64,000 nucleotides of DNA. Origin: Flavobacteriales bacterium (GTDB lineage: Bacteria; Bacteroidota; Bacteroidia; Flavobacteriales_F; PHOS-HE28). The DNA is taken from NCBI GenBank assembly GCA_044346705.1, contig JBIIYP010000019.1:2369-66368 (forward strand). The letters run 5' to 3'. A program made the position numbers and the translations under genes. The notes under the pieces are model-generated. The model was not told the DNA's origin and did not search any database. It saw nothing but the letters and a program-made list of their open reading frames with translations. This document shows, piece by piece, positions 8,585 through 19,263 of this stretch; within the stretch, counting starts at the first letter, position 1, and each line of letters begins with the position of its first letter.

Positions 8585-9709
8585 ATGTCCGGCCTGTACC
8601 TCCATATCCCCTTCTGCAAGAAAGCCTGTACCTACTGCGACTTCCATTTCAGCACGTCGCTGCAAACGAAGCCCGCAGTGCTGGAGGCGATGCACAAGGA
8701 ACTGGCGCAACGGGCTGCAGAACTCAACGGCGCACCCGTCGAGACCATCTACTTCGGCGGCGGCACCCCGAGCCAGCTGACCGATACGGAGCTGAAGGCC
8801 TTCATCGACGAGGCGCAAGCGCTCTTCACCGTAACGCCCGATGCGGAGGTGACGATGGAAGTGAATCCGGATGATGTGGATGCGGAGCGGCTAGCGGCTT
8901 GGAAGGCGATCGGCATCACGCGCCTCAGCATCGGCGTGCAGAGCTTCCGCGAGGAACGCTTGCAGTTCATGGGCCGCGCCCACGATGCCACACAAAGCCG
9001 CGAGAGCCTGCGCCTGATCAGCGAAGCGGATTTCGCGTCGTGGACCATGGACCTGATCTACGGGCTGCCGGGTATGACCATGGACGAGTGGAACGAACAG
9101 CTCGAAACGGCACTCTCCTTCGCGCCACCGCACATCAGCGCCTACTGCCTCACAGTGGAAAGCCGCACCGCGCTGGACCACCAGGTGAGCAAGGGCCTGG
9201 TGACCATGCCCGGTGATGCCGACCAGGCCGCGCAGTTCGACCGCTTGATCGAACGCCTGGAGGGCGCCGGATATGTGCAGTACGAGATCAGCAACTTCGG
9301 AAAACGGGACCACTTCAGCCAGCACAACAGCAGCTACTGGAAAGGCGTGCCCTACCTCGGCATCGGCCCTTCAGCGCACTCTTACAACGGCGAGAAGCGA
9401 CGGTGGAACGTGTCCCACAACCTGCGCTATGCGAAGGGTGTTTCCGGCGGTGAACGCTACTGGGAAGAGGAGACATTGACGCAAGTACAGGTGGTGAATG
9501 AAACCTTGCTCACCCGTTTGCGTACGATCTGGGGCGTGGACCTGGCAGCACTGATCTTGGACGTGGAAACGCCCGGCTCCTCGGTCATCGCACGGTACCG
9601 GTCACAAGGCATGTTGGAACAGCACGAACGACGGTTAGTTTTGACGAGAGCGGGACGCGCCTTTGCGGACCGCATCGCAAGCGACCTTTTCCTCTCCGAT
9701 GATCGCTGA
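8585..9709 (+). CDS. hemW: Radical SAM heme chaperone HemW (coproporphyrinogen III oxidase-like).
   Basis: Radical SAM motif CKKACTYCDF near the N-terminus, ~375 aa, with a HemW-like C-terminal region. Confidence 0.85.
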   Translation: MSGLYLHIPFCKKACTYCDFHFSTSLQTKPAVLEAMHKELAQRAAELNGAPVETIYFGGGTPSQLTDTELKAFIDEAQALFTVTPDAEVTMEVNPDDVDAERLAAWKAIGITRLSIGVQSFREERLQFMGRAHDATQSRESLRLISEADFASWTMDLIYGLPGMTMDEWNEQLETALSFAPPHISAYCLTVESRTALDHQVSKGLVTMPGDADQAAQFDRLIERLEGAGYVQYEISNFGKRDHFSQHNSSYWKGVPYLGIGPSAHSYNGEKRRWNVSHNLRYAKGVSGGERYWEEETLTQVQVVNETLLTRLRTIWGVDLAALILDVETPGSSVIARYRSQGMLEQHERRLVLTRAGRAFADRIASDLFLSDDR

Positions 9710-10460
9710 GATCACCCATCACGGCCAGCAGTTCCGCGTGGACCTGTCCAAGCCGATCGACCTGTCGGTGCCGTTGGCCGCTGGCGAAGGCCACATGCGC
9801 GCCTGGTACGTGGACCCGGTGACGATGGAGCCGGTCAGGAACGGAGACACGGTCTATTCCATCAAGGACGGCGCGCCGGTCAACTTCCGCAACATCCTCT
9901 TCAACCCCCACGGCCACGGCACGCACACCGAGAGCGTGGGCCACATCACACCGGGCATCGAGCCGGTGGGCAACCTGCTGAAGCGCTATTTCTTCATCGC
10001 CCAGCTCATCACCGTGCGCCCCGAGGAACGCCGCGCCCCCGATGGCAAGGTGGACACCGTGATCACCCTCGAACAACTGCGCGGCGCCATCGACGACAAG
10101 CCACCGGAGGCCGTGGTCCTTCGCACCACAGCCACAGCGGCCTCCAAGACCACCCGCAACTGGAGCGGCACCAACGCCACCTATTTGCAGAGCACCGCCA
10201 CCGCCTGGCTCCGCAGCATCGGCGTGCGCCACCTGCTGGTGGACCTGCCCAGCGTGGACCGCGAGGAGGACGGCGGCACCCTGGCCGCGCACCACGCCTT
10301 CTGGGACTTCCCCAACACCATCGACCTCACCCGCACCATCAGCGAAATGATCGTGGTGCCCGACGAAGCGCGCGATGGCCGCTACCTGCTGGAGCTGCAA
10401 CTGCCGCACTTCATCAACGACGCGGCGCCGAGCAGGCCGGTGTTGTATGCGATGTTGTGA
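9699..10460 (+). CDS. Cyclase family protein (kynurenine formamidase-like).
   Basis: HGHGTHTESVGH motif resembling the cyclase-family HxGTHxDxPxH metal site, ~250 aa. It overlaps the hemW stop by 11 nt. Confidence 0.65.
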   Translation: MIAEITHHGQQFRVDLSKPIDLSVPLAAGEGHMRAWYVDPVTMEPVRNGDTVYSIKDGAPVNFRNILFNPHGHGTHTESVGHITPGIEPVGNLLKRYFFIAQLITVRPEERRAPDGKVDTVITLEQLRGAIDDKPPEAVVLRTTATAASKTTRNWSGTNATYLQSTATAWLRSIGVRHLLVDLPSVDREEDGGTLAAHHAFWDFPNTIDLTRTISEMIVVPDEARDGRYLLELQLPHFINDAAPSRPVLYAML

Positions 10461-11035
10461 TGGAAGGCGGAGCATCACTAAGGCACCTGTATCCGGCACA
10501 GTGGACTTTGGTGCAGCAGTTTCTGGCTAACGTAACTGACGATAGCTGCGAATCGTTCCTGTTCAGCGCGATGCCCAGGCTCAAGGAGCAGCATGACCCG
10601 TCGAACTACTACCGTATCGTCAAGGAAGAGCTGTTGGGTCAATTCGATCAGGACAACATGCCGACCACGTCCGAAATTCAACCGTTCTGCGAACGCCTGC
10701 TTCAACTGAACCGCGAGAGCGAGCGTGACGCACTAAGCGAGAAATGGAACTTGCGATTCCGCATACTCGGCTTTCTAGCGATAGCGCTCAACCTTGGGCA
10801 TGTGGTCCCTCTCCTGCTTACGTCAACAGGATACAGCATGGGACCTATCTTCCAGATCATCGGCTTGGCCATCTGGCTATCTCCGTCGATCCTTGGCTTC
10901 TATGCCATCCGGAGAGATCAGCACACCTTTTTTGGCACTTGGCAAGCGATCCTTCTCATCGTGTTGGCTGTATTGATCATTGTCTTAGGCTACTGGCTCT
11001 TGAATGACCTCCATGAGTTCATCACGCTACCATAG
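10460..11035 (+). CDS. Hypothetical membrane protein in a low-GC block.
   Basis: About 3 predicted TM helices in the C-terminal half, no recognisable motif, AT-richer codon usage. Confidence 0.45.
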   Translation: MEGGASLRHLYPAQWTLVQQFLANVTDDSCESFLFSAMPRLKEQHDPSNYYRIVKEELLGQFDQDNMPTTSEIQPFCERLLQLNRESERDALSEKWNLRFRILGFLAIALNLGHVVPLLLTSTGYSMGPIFQIIGLAIWLSPSILGFYAIRRDQHTFFGTWQAILLIVLAVLIIVLGYWLLNDLHEFITLP

Positions 11036-11086
11036 AATGACCAAGGGCCTTCCTGCGTAGATGACGCTCCAGCACCAAATATTCTC

Positions 11087-11467
11087 ATGGACCTCGAACG
11101 CTTCCGCCAGTTCTGCCTCGCCAAGCCGGGCGTCACCGAGGAAACACCTTTCGGTCCGGACGTATTGGTCTTTAAGGTTGGTCCGCCTTCGCGCAAGGCT
11201 TCGGACGGACAAGCCAAGATGTTCGCGCTGGCTCCGCTGGAGTTCTTCGCGAGCGTGAACTTGAAGTGCGATCCCGAGCGCGCCGTGGAGCTCCGCGCTG
11301 AATACCCGGGCATCACGGCGGGCTATCATATGAGCAAGGTGCACTGGAACACCGTGAGCTGCGACGGCACCGTACCCGACCGCCTGATCCTGGAGCTCAC
11401 CACGCACAGCTACGAGCTGGTGAAGGCTTCGCTGCCGAAGAAGGTGCGGGAGGCGTTGGGGGAATGA
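11087..11467 (+). CDS. MmcQ/YjbR family DNA-binding protein.
   Basis: 126 aa. MDLERFRQFCLAKPGVTEETPFGPDVLVFKVG ... HMSKVHWNTV matches the YjbR/MmcQ fold family. Confidence 0.7.
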   Translation: MDLERFRQFCLAKPGVTEETPFGPDVLVFKVGPPSRKASDGQAKMFALAPLEFFASVNLKCDPERAVELRAEYPGITAGYHMSKVHWNTVSCDGTVPDRLILELTTHSYELVKASLPKKVREALGE

Positions 11468-11482
11468 GCGGGTAGGCTATGC

Positions 11483-12268
11483 TCAACCTGACTTGCGAAC
11501 ACCCCACGTGTATCCAACGCTGATCCGAAATCCAGTGTGGATACCCGATTGGGAGAACGTAAAGGATTTCTCGTACGGACCGTCACGATAAAGAAGCCCA
11601 CGACCATTCCGAATGATCGGCTCCAAAGGCAACTCGCTGTGCCAGCTGAGCGAAGCGGAAAAGTGGTCAAGGATCGCGACGCGGTACACGACATCCGCCA
11701 ACGCATGGATGCGGCTCAGTCCGTAGTTGACCTCTGTCTGCATGCTAAGAATACCAATGAAGCCAGTATCAACCTCCGATGCAGCCCCAAGGCTATACGT
11801 ATACGGTCTCACAGTATCAAATGAAAGGCCGGCACGAAGTGTCAAACAACTCTTACGCTTGACCATTGGTGAATAGCCCGCCATCGCACCTACGTTTAAC
11901 TGATCTATAGCAACCAAGGAACCAGAAATTCTAAAATCCCCGGTAATGTCAGGGTGAACCGCACTAGTTACATCGAAGTGCCACGCAGGTGGTACTTGGG
12001 CGTAGTTCATGAGTATAGACCAGTCCCATGCGCGATCGACGTTACGTGTATAGGACAACACATACTGGCTGCCCCGCTCCACCGAACTGTTAAACCCACT
12101 CGAGCTTAGGTCGGGGGTTATATCCATTGGCAGCGTCCAAACTTTGCCATAGGAGAACGCCACCTCATTCACCCCACCTTTCACGCCTATGTTGGCCTTG
12201 TCCTGCGCCCACAAAGTCGCTGAAGCCAAGGTGACAAGACCGAAGCAGATTGATCGAAGTGCGTTCAT
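11483..12268 (-). CDS. Hypothetical outer-membrane beta-barrel protein.
   Basis: Signal peptide MNALRSICFGLVTLASATLWAQ. Alternating beta-strand pattern with a C-terminal aromatic-rich strand. Low-GC region. Confidence 0.5.
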   Translation of the reverse strand: MNALRSICFGLVTLASATLWAQDKANIGVKGGVNEVAFSYGKVWTLPMDITPDLSSSGFNSSVERGSQYVLSYTRNVDRAWDWSILMNYAQVPPAWHFDVTSAVHPDITGDFRISGSLVAIDQLNVGAMAGYSPMVKRKSCLTLRAGLSFDTVRPYTYSLGAASEVDTGFIGILSMQTEVNYGLSRIHALADVVYRVAILDHFSASLSWHSELPLEPIIRNGRGLLYRDGPYEKSFTFSQSGIHTGFRISVGYTWGVRKSG

Positions 12269-12298
12269 CTGTGAAAGCGTAGGAGGACCCCAACGAAG

Positions 12299-13564
12299 CT
12301 AAGCCCCGAGCCTCGCCGAAATGGTGCTCACGATGCGGTTCGTTGCACCGGCTCGTTCCTGCACGTAACGCCTGGCCGCATCCGAAGCCTTCACCCGTGC
12401 GGCCGGGTCACCGAGCGACCGATCGAGCACCGCGCGCAGTTCCTCCGCGTTCTTCACCTCGAAACCGCCACCGGCATCGATCAGGCCCTGCGCCTCGGGG
12501 AACTTGGTGTGCAGCGGCCCGAAGATCACGGGGCAGCCCCAGGCGGCGGGTTCCAGCAGGCTGTGGATGCCATCGCCGAAGCCCCCGCCCACGTAGGCGA
12601 TGTCGCCGTAGCGGTAGATCCGTGCCAGCAGCCCCATGCGGTCCACCAGCACGGTGCGGATGCCGGGCGGCACGCCCGCACCTGCCACCAACGAGTTCTC
12701 CAATTCGCTCCAAAGCACCAGCGGCTTGGGGAAGGCGGTTTCCACCGCGGCCAGGTGCTGCGCATGCAGTTCGTGGGGCGCCACCAGCAGCCGCGCTTCC
12801 ACACGTTGCGCTGCGAGGGCCTTCAGCAGCCGCTCCTCATCCGCAGGCCAGGTGCTGCCGCAGACCAGCACCGGCGAAGGCGCCGCAGCGCGGAAGGCTT
12901 CCCCAGCCCCCAAGGGCTCCTTGGCATCGACGATCGCCAGCACCCGGTCGAAACGGGTGTCTCCGCTCACCGTCACGTTCTCCAGCCCGATGTCGCGAAG
13001 CAACTGTCCGGAGCGTTCGTCCTGCACGAAATGATGCGTGAAGCAGCCGAGCATCCGACGCCAGGCCCCGCCGTACCAGCGGAAATAGGGCATGGCGGGC
13101 CAGAAGTACGCGCTGATGAGGAAGGTGGGGATGCGGGCGGCGCGGAGCGCTTCCAGGTAGTGGTGCCACAGCTCGTACTTCACCCAGAGCACCACCCCGG
13201 GCCGCAGGAGCCGCAGCAGGCGCTTGGCGTTCGCGGCACCATCCGGTGGAAGGTAGTCCACGTGGGTGGCCAGGGGCTCGGCCTTGCGCGCCTCGTAGCC
13301 GCTGGGGCTGAAGAAGGTGAGCAGCACGGGCAGGTCCGGACGTTCGCGCTTGATCGCTTCCAGCACGGGGCGTCCCTGCTCGAACTCGCCCACGCTGGCG
13401 CAGTGCATCCACAGGCAGCCCTGCAGGGCCTCGCGCTTCGCCTCCAAACGCTCCCACAGGCCTTTCCGCCCATCGACCCATTGCCGGGCCTTGGGGTTGA
13501 AGGGGGCGGCCGCGCGCACGGCCAGGTGGATCAGCCCGGTGGCAAGGTCCGTGAGCAGTGGCAT
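12299..13564 (-). CDS. waaA: 3-deoxy-D-manno-octulosonic acid transferase (KdtA/WaaA).
   Basis: N-terminal LIHLAVRAAAPF, then GSTWPADEE and the C-terminal glycosyltransferase-N fold typical of KdtA. Start trimmed to MPLLTDLA. Confidence 0.85.
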   Translation of the reverse strand: MPLLTDLATGLIHLAVRAAAPFNPKARQWVDGRKGLWERLEAKREALQGCLWMHCASVGEFEQGRPVLEAIKRERPDLPVLLTFFSPSGYEARKAEPLATHVDYLPPDGAANAKRLLRLLRPGVVLWVKYELWHHYLEALRAARIPTFLISAYFWPAMPYFRWYGGAWRRMLGCFTHHFVQDERSGQLLRDIGLENVTVSGDTRFDRVLAIVDAKEPLGAGEAFRAAAPSPVLVCGSTWPADEERLLKALAAQRVEARLLVAPHELHAQHLAAVETAFPKPLVLWSELENSLVAGAGVPPGIRTVLVDRMGLLARIYRYGDIAYVGGGFGDGIHSLLEPAAWGCPVIFGPLHTKFPEAQGLIDAGGGFEVKNAEELRAVLDRSLGDPAARVKASDAARRYVQERAGATNRIVSTISARLGA

Positions 13565-14325
13565 CAGCGGATGTAGAAGGCGTCGTCGTTGCGCCGGTAG
13601 ATCGGCAGGGTCCACCCGAAGCGCAGGCCGTTGAGCCCATCGAAGCGCACCCCGGTGTCCGCCTTGCCGGTGTCGAAGTTGTAGGGGCGCAACGCGCTGG
13701 TGAAGCCCAGCATCATCTCGAAACCGATGTTGAAATTGATCAGGCGGCTGCTGCTGAGGTGCTGGTAGCCGAAGTAGACCATGGCGGCCGGTCCGGCGCA
13801 GAGGCGGTCATAGCCCTTCACGTACTCCCCTTCGAGCTGGGGCACCACGTTCTCCTGGGTCTCGATGCGGATCTTGTGGCGCATGTATCCCCCGCCCATC
13901 TTCAGCAACAGGCCGCTGTTGGGGTTGGGGCCCGCCACGGGGATCACCTTGCCCACGACACCCATCACGGTGTAACCGCGCTCATACAGGAACACGGTGG
14001 CGGGCACGCCGTTCGCGTCCAGGACCTGGTTCTCAGCGGTGAGCAGCCCGCGCAGCAGGTTGCTCTCGTTGATGCGGTTGCCGAAGATGTAGGAGCCCTC
14101 GACCCCGACCATGTAGTTGCTCTTGAACTTCCGGTGGCAGCTCAGCCCCAGGTTGCTGTTGGCCCCGTAGCGAAGGGCCATATCGCCCAAGGGCACCTGG
14201 TAGGCGTAGCTGGCCGTCACCATCACCATGGAGATGGGTGTATCCCTGATGTTGCCTTGCGCGTAGGAGGGGGCCGGCGCAGTGAGCACGGCGGCGAGCA
14301 GGAGGCATGGAAAGGACCAGCGCAT
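13564..14325 (-). CDS. Hypothetical outer-membrane beta-barrel protein.
   Basis: Signal peptide MRWSFPCLLLAAVLTAPAPSYAQ, beta-barrel-like sequence ending in an aromatic residue. It is stop/start-coupled to waaA. Confidence 0.5.
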   Translation of the reverse strand: MRWSFPCLLLAAVLTAPAPSYAQGNIRDTPISMVMVTASYAYQVPLGDMALRYGANSNLGLSCHRKFKSNYMVGVEGSYIFGNRINESNLLRGLLTAENQVLDANGVPATVFLYERGYTVMGVVGKVIPVAGPNPNSGLLLKMGGGYMRHKIRIETQENVVPQLEGEYVKGYDRLCAGPAAMVYFGYQHLSSSRLINFNIGFEMMLGFTSALRPYNFDTGKADTGVRFDGLNGLRFGWTLPIYRRNDDAFYIR

Positions 14326-14479
14326 GGGGTGGCGAAGGTAAGGACGTGGCAACGCGGTCGGCGGATCGGCCATGTCCCGTTCCCGGCCGGTCGCGACCTG
14401 CTTCCGTGGCCCGGCCCGCTGGTTATCTTCGCGGCCGCTCGGCCGCAGCTCCTGTACCATTCCCCGGCGCCATACCTCC

Positions 14480-15607
14480 ATGAAGCCCATCCAGATGGTC
14501 GACCTTGTCGGCCAGTACCAGAAGATCAAGCCGGAGGTCGACGCCGCGCTGCAGCGGGTCATCGACAGCACGGCCTTCATCAACGGACCCGAGGTCAAGA
14601 CCTTCGAACAGGAGCTCGCCACCTACCTGGGAACGGGACACGTGATCGGCTGCGCCAACGGTACGGACGCCCTGCAGATCGCCATGATGGCGCTCGGCCT
14701 GAAGCCTGGTGACGAGATCATCACCTGCTCCTTCACGTTCGTGGCCACGGTGGAAGTGGTGGCCCTGCTCGGCATCACCCCGGTCTTCGCCGATGTGCTC
14801 CCCGGAACCTACAACATCGATCCGGCGGACATCAAGCGCAAGATCACGCCGAGGACCAAGGCCATCGTGCCCGTGCACCTCTTCGGCCAGGCCGCCGACA
14901 TGGACGCCATCATGGCCATCGCGAAGGAGCACGACCTCTTCGTGATCGAGGACAACTGCCAGGCCGTGGGCAGCGATCACACTTCGTCCAACGGCACCAC
15001 GCGCAAGAGCGGCACCATAGGCCACATCGGTACCACCAGCTTCTTCCCCAGCAAGAACCTGGGCTGCTACGGCGATGGTGGCGCCATTTTCACCAACGAC
15101 GATGACCTGGCGAAGAAACTTCGCCGGGTGTGCAACCACGGCAGCGAAGTGCGCTACTACCATGAGGTGGTCGGCGTCAACAGCCGCCTGGATTCGATGC
15201 AGGCCGCCATCCTGCGCATCAAGCTGCGCAACCTGGTCGCTTACGATGCGGCCCGTAACAAGGCGGCCGCTTTTTATGACACGGCGTTCGCAGATATGGC
15301 CCATGTGGTCACCCCGGCGCGCAGTGCCTTCTCCACCCATGTGTTCCACCAGTACACCATGCGCATCACCGGCGGTCACCGCGATGCCTTGAAGAAGCAC
15401 CTCGAGGAGAACGGGGTGCCGGCCATGATCTACTACCCGGTGCCCTGCCATTTGCAGAACGCATACCGTACGGAGCGCTTCCCCGAGGGTTCGCTCCCGG
15501 TGACCGAGCAGCTCATCCACGAAGTGCTGAGCCTGCCCATGAGCACCGAGCTCGACAACGAACAACTCGCCCACATCACCGCCACGGTGAAGGGCTATTT
15601 CGCGTAA
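14480..15607 (+). CDS. DegT/DnrJ/EryC1/StrS family PLP-dependent sugar aminotransferase (WbpE/ArnB-like).
   Basis: FINGPEVKTFEQELA ... GCANGTDAL ... SFFPSKNLGCYGDGGAI (PLP-lysine region) ... typical C-terminal domain. Confidence 0.85.
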   Translation: MKPIQMVDLVGQYQKIKPEVDAALQRVIDSTAFINGPEVKTFEQELATYLGTGHVIGCANGTDALQIAMMALGLKPGDEIITCSFTFVATVEVVALLGITPVFADVLPGTYNIDPADIKRKITPRTKAIVPVHLFGQAADMDAIMAIAKEHDLFVIEDNCQAVGSDHTSSNGTTRKSGTIGHIGTTSFFPSKNLGCYGDGGAIFTNDDDLAKKLRRVCNHGSEVRYYHEVVGVNSRLDSMQAAILRIKLRNLVAYDAARNKAAAFYDTAFADMAHVVTPARSAFSTHVFHQYTMRITGGHRDALKKHLEENGVPAMIYYPVPCHLQNAYRTERFPEGSLPVTEQLIHEVLSLPMSTELDNEQLAHITATVKGYFA

Positions 15608-15714
15608 GGGCGACGTTGACGTCGCACATTCGATAGTAGGTTCGATCAACAAGGCGGGCGGACCGCAGCAACCGATCACAAACACCGGGCGACGTGAACG
15701 TCGCCCCGACCAGA

Positions 15715-17028
15715 ATGAACATCGCAGTAGTAGGAACGGGATACGTCGGCCTCGTCACCGGCACGTGCTTCGCGGAGACCGGCAACAACGTGGTCTGCGT
15801 GGACATCAACGCCGACAAGGTGAAGATGATGAAGGAGGGCAAGGTGCCCATCTATGAGCCGCACCTGGACGTGCTTTTTGAGCGGAACATCCGCCAGGGC
15901 CGACTCCGGTTCACCACCGACCTGGCCGAAGCGCTGGAGAAGGCGCAGATCGTCTTCCTCGCGTTGCCCACGCCCCCGGGCGAGGATGGCAGCGCCGACC
16001 TGAGCTACGTGCTGAACGCCGCCGCCGAGATCGGCAAGTTGATGACCGACTACAAGGTGCTCGTGGACAAGAGCACGGTGCCCGTGGGCACGGCCGAGAA
16101 GGTCGCCGAAGCGGTGAAGAAGCACGCCAAGGTGGACTTCGACGTGGTGAGCAACCCCGAGTTCCTGCGCGAAGGGTTCGCGGTGGACGACTTCCTGAAG
16201 CCCGACCGCGTGGTGGTGGGCACGAGCAGCGAGCGTGCGCGCAAGCTGATGGAGGAGCTCTACAAGCCCTTCGTCCGCCAGGGCAACCCGATCATTTTCA
16301 TGGATGAGCGCAGCGCGGAGCTCACGAAGTACGCGGCCAACGCCTTCCTGGCGGCGAAGATCACCTTCATGAACGAGATCGCGAACTTCTGCGAGGCCGT
16401 GGGTGCCGACGTGGACAAGGTGCGCATCGGCATGGGCAGCGACAGCCGCATCGGGAAGCGCTTCCTCTTCCCAGGCATCGGCTATGGAGGAAGCTGCTTC
16501 CCCAAGGACGTGCAGGCCCTGGCCAAGAGCGGCAAGGAGGCCGGGTATGAGTTCCAGATCATCGAGAGCGTGATGAAGGTGAACGAGGAGCAGAAGATCG
16601 CCCTCATGCCGAAGATCCGCAAGCACTACGGCGGCTCGCTGAGCGGCAAGCACTTCGCCATGTGGGGGCTGGCCTTCAAGCCGGACACGGACGATATCCG
16701 TGAGGCTCCGGCCCTGTACATGATCGATGCCCTGCTGAAGGAAGGAGCGACCGTATCCGCCTTTGATCCCGAAGGCATGAAGAACGTGCAGAAGCTCAAG
16801 GGCGACGTGATCCGCTATGCGCACGATGAGTACGATGCCCTCACCGGTGCCGACGCGCTGATCATCTGCACCGAGTGGGCCGAGTTCCGCACTCCGGACA
16901 TGGAGCGCGTGAAGGGCGGCCTCAAGCAGCCCGTGGTCTTCGATGGCCGCAACCTCTATGAACTGGAGAGCATGCAGGAGAAAGGCTTCACCTACGTCAG
17001 CATCGGAAGGAACGTCGTGACCCCATAA
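15715..17028 (+). CDS. ugd: UDP-glucose 6-dehydrogenase.
   Basis: MNIAVVGTGYVGLVTG Rossmann motif, catalytic GGSCFPKD, ~437 aa. Confidence 0.85.
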   Translation: MNIAVVGTGYVGLVTGTCFAETGNNVVCVDINADKVKMMKEGKVPIYEPHLDVLFERNIRQGRLRFTTDLAEALEKAQIVFLALPTPPGEDGSADLSYVLNAAAEIGKLMTDYKVLVDKSTVPVGTAEKVAEAVKKHAKVDFDVVSNPEFLREGFAVDDFLKPDRVVVGTSSERARKLMEELYKPFVRQGNPIIFMDERSAELTKYAANAFLAAKITFMNEIANFCEAVGADVDKVRIGMGSDSRIGKRFLFPGIGYGGSCFPKDVQALAKSGKEAGYEFQIIESVMKVNEEQKIALMPKIRKHYGGSLSGKHFAMWGLAFKPDTDDIREAPALYMIDALLKEGATVSAFDPEGMKNVQKLKGDVIRYAHDEYDALTGADALIICTEWAEFRTPDMERVKGGLKQPVVFDGRNLYELESMQEKGFTYVSIGRNVVTP

Positions 17029-17094
17029 CAGACCTCGTTCATCGCACCTGTACCGTCGACCCACCGGGTCGACCATGCTGATACCCCAACGACC

Positions 17095-18246
<1,152 letters not shown>

Positions 18247-18247
18247 G

Positions 18248-18358
18248 CACGTGACAAGTCGCAAGTGTCAAGTCCCAATTGGACAAGGTTGCTTGGGACT
18301 TGTTCTTCACAGTCTTGAACCTCGTCACTTGTCCCTTGTGCCTTGACACTTAGAACTC
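18248..18358. repeat. Imperfect long palindrome built from caagt/acttg oligomers. Putative terminator or REP-like element after uxs.
   Basis: Left arm gtgacaagtcgcaagtgtcaag...ggacaagg. Right arm cacttgtcccttgtgccttgacactt is its reverse complement. Confidence 0.4.
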
Positions 18359-18359
18359 G

Positions 18360-19241
18360 ATGACCACCCTCCGCATCGCCGGTGTACCGGAACACTTCAA
18401 CCTGCCCTGGCAGCTCGGGCTTGAACGTCGTGCTTTCCTCCGCGCCGGCATCGATCTGCAATGGCGCACCGTTCCGGAGGGCACCGGGGCCATGTGCGAT
18501 CTCTTGCGCGCTGGTGAGGTGGACCTGGCCGTGCTGGTGACCGAGGGCGCCGTGCGCGACATCGTGAACGGCAACCCCAGCCGCATCGTGAGCAACTACG
18601 TGGATACGCCGCTCACCTGGGGTGTGCACGTCAGCGCAAAGAGCGACCTGCGCACACCGAAGGACCTGAAGCATCTGCCCTTCGCCATCAGCCGCTTCAA
18701 CTCGGGCAGCCACCTGATGGCCATGAACTATGCGGAGCAGTGCGGTTGGCAGCCGGCCGAGAAGGACTTCATCATCGTCAACGACCTCCAAGGCGCATTG
18801 GACCGCATGGCCAGCGGCGAACCGATGGTCTTCCTGTGGGAGCTGAGCACCACGGCCCATTGGGTCGAGCAAGGTGTCCTGCGTCGCGTGGACACGGTGC
18901 GTCCGGCGTGGCCCTGCTTCATGGTGGTGGCGCGCAACGAAGTGCTGGCTTCTTCGGCGGATGTGGTGCGCAGGCTGCTGCGTGTGCTGCACGACCAGGC
19001 GCGCGGCCTCATGGAGAAGAAGAACGTCGCGGACACCATCGCGCAACGCTACAGCATGTCCGTGAACACCGCTGCGGAATGGTTCACCTCAGTGCGCTGG
19101 AACACCACGGGCACCGTGAACATGCAGGCGTTGCAGGCGGTCAGTGAACGCTTGCACCGCGTAGGCGCCATCGATCACGCGTTGACACCCGAAGAGCTGG
19201 CCGCGATGGTGGTGCAGGTGATGCCTGTGCGGTCGGCGTAG
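18360..19241 (+). CDS. Cytoplasmic periplasmic-binding-protein-like domain protein (NMT1/THI5 or SsuA-like SBP fold, no signal peptide).
   Basis: 293 aa. VPEHFNLPW ... general similarity to NitT/TauT-type substrate-binding domains. No signal peptide. The family call is tentative. Confidence 0.4.
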   Translation: MTTLRIAGVPEHFNLPWQLGLERRAFLRAGIDLQWRTVPEGTGAMCDLLRAGEVDLAVLVTEGAVRDIVNGNPSRIVSNYVDTPLTWGVHVSAKSDLRTPKDLKHLPFAISRFNSGSHLMAMNYAEQCGWQPAEKDFIIVNDLQGALDRMASGEPMVFLWELSTTAHWVEQGVLRRVDTVRPAWPCFMVVARNEVLASSADVVRRLLRVLHDQARGLMEKKNVADTIAQRYSMSVNTAAEWFTSVRWNTTGTVNMQALQAVSERLHRVGAIDHALTPEELAAMVVQVMPVRSA

Positions 19242-19263
19242 CGCTCGATGCGTGAGCGTCGTT

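Noticed and set aside
12509-13640. Plus-strand 355-aa ORF and minus-strand 267-aa alternative-frame ORF over waaA.
   Set aside because: They overlap the KdtA/WaaA coding region. They are Arg/Pro-rich composition artefacts.
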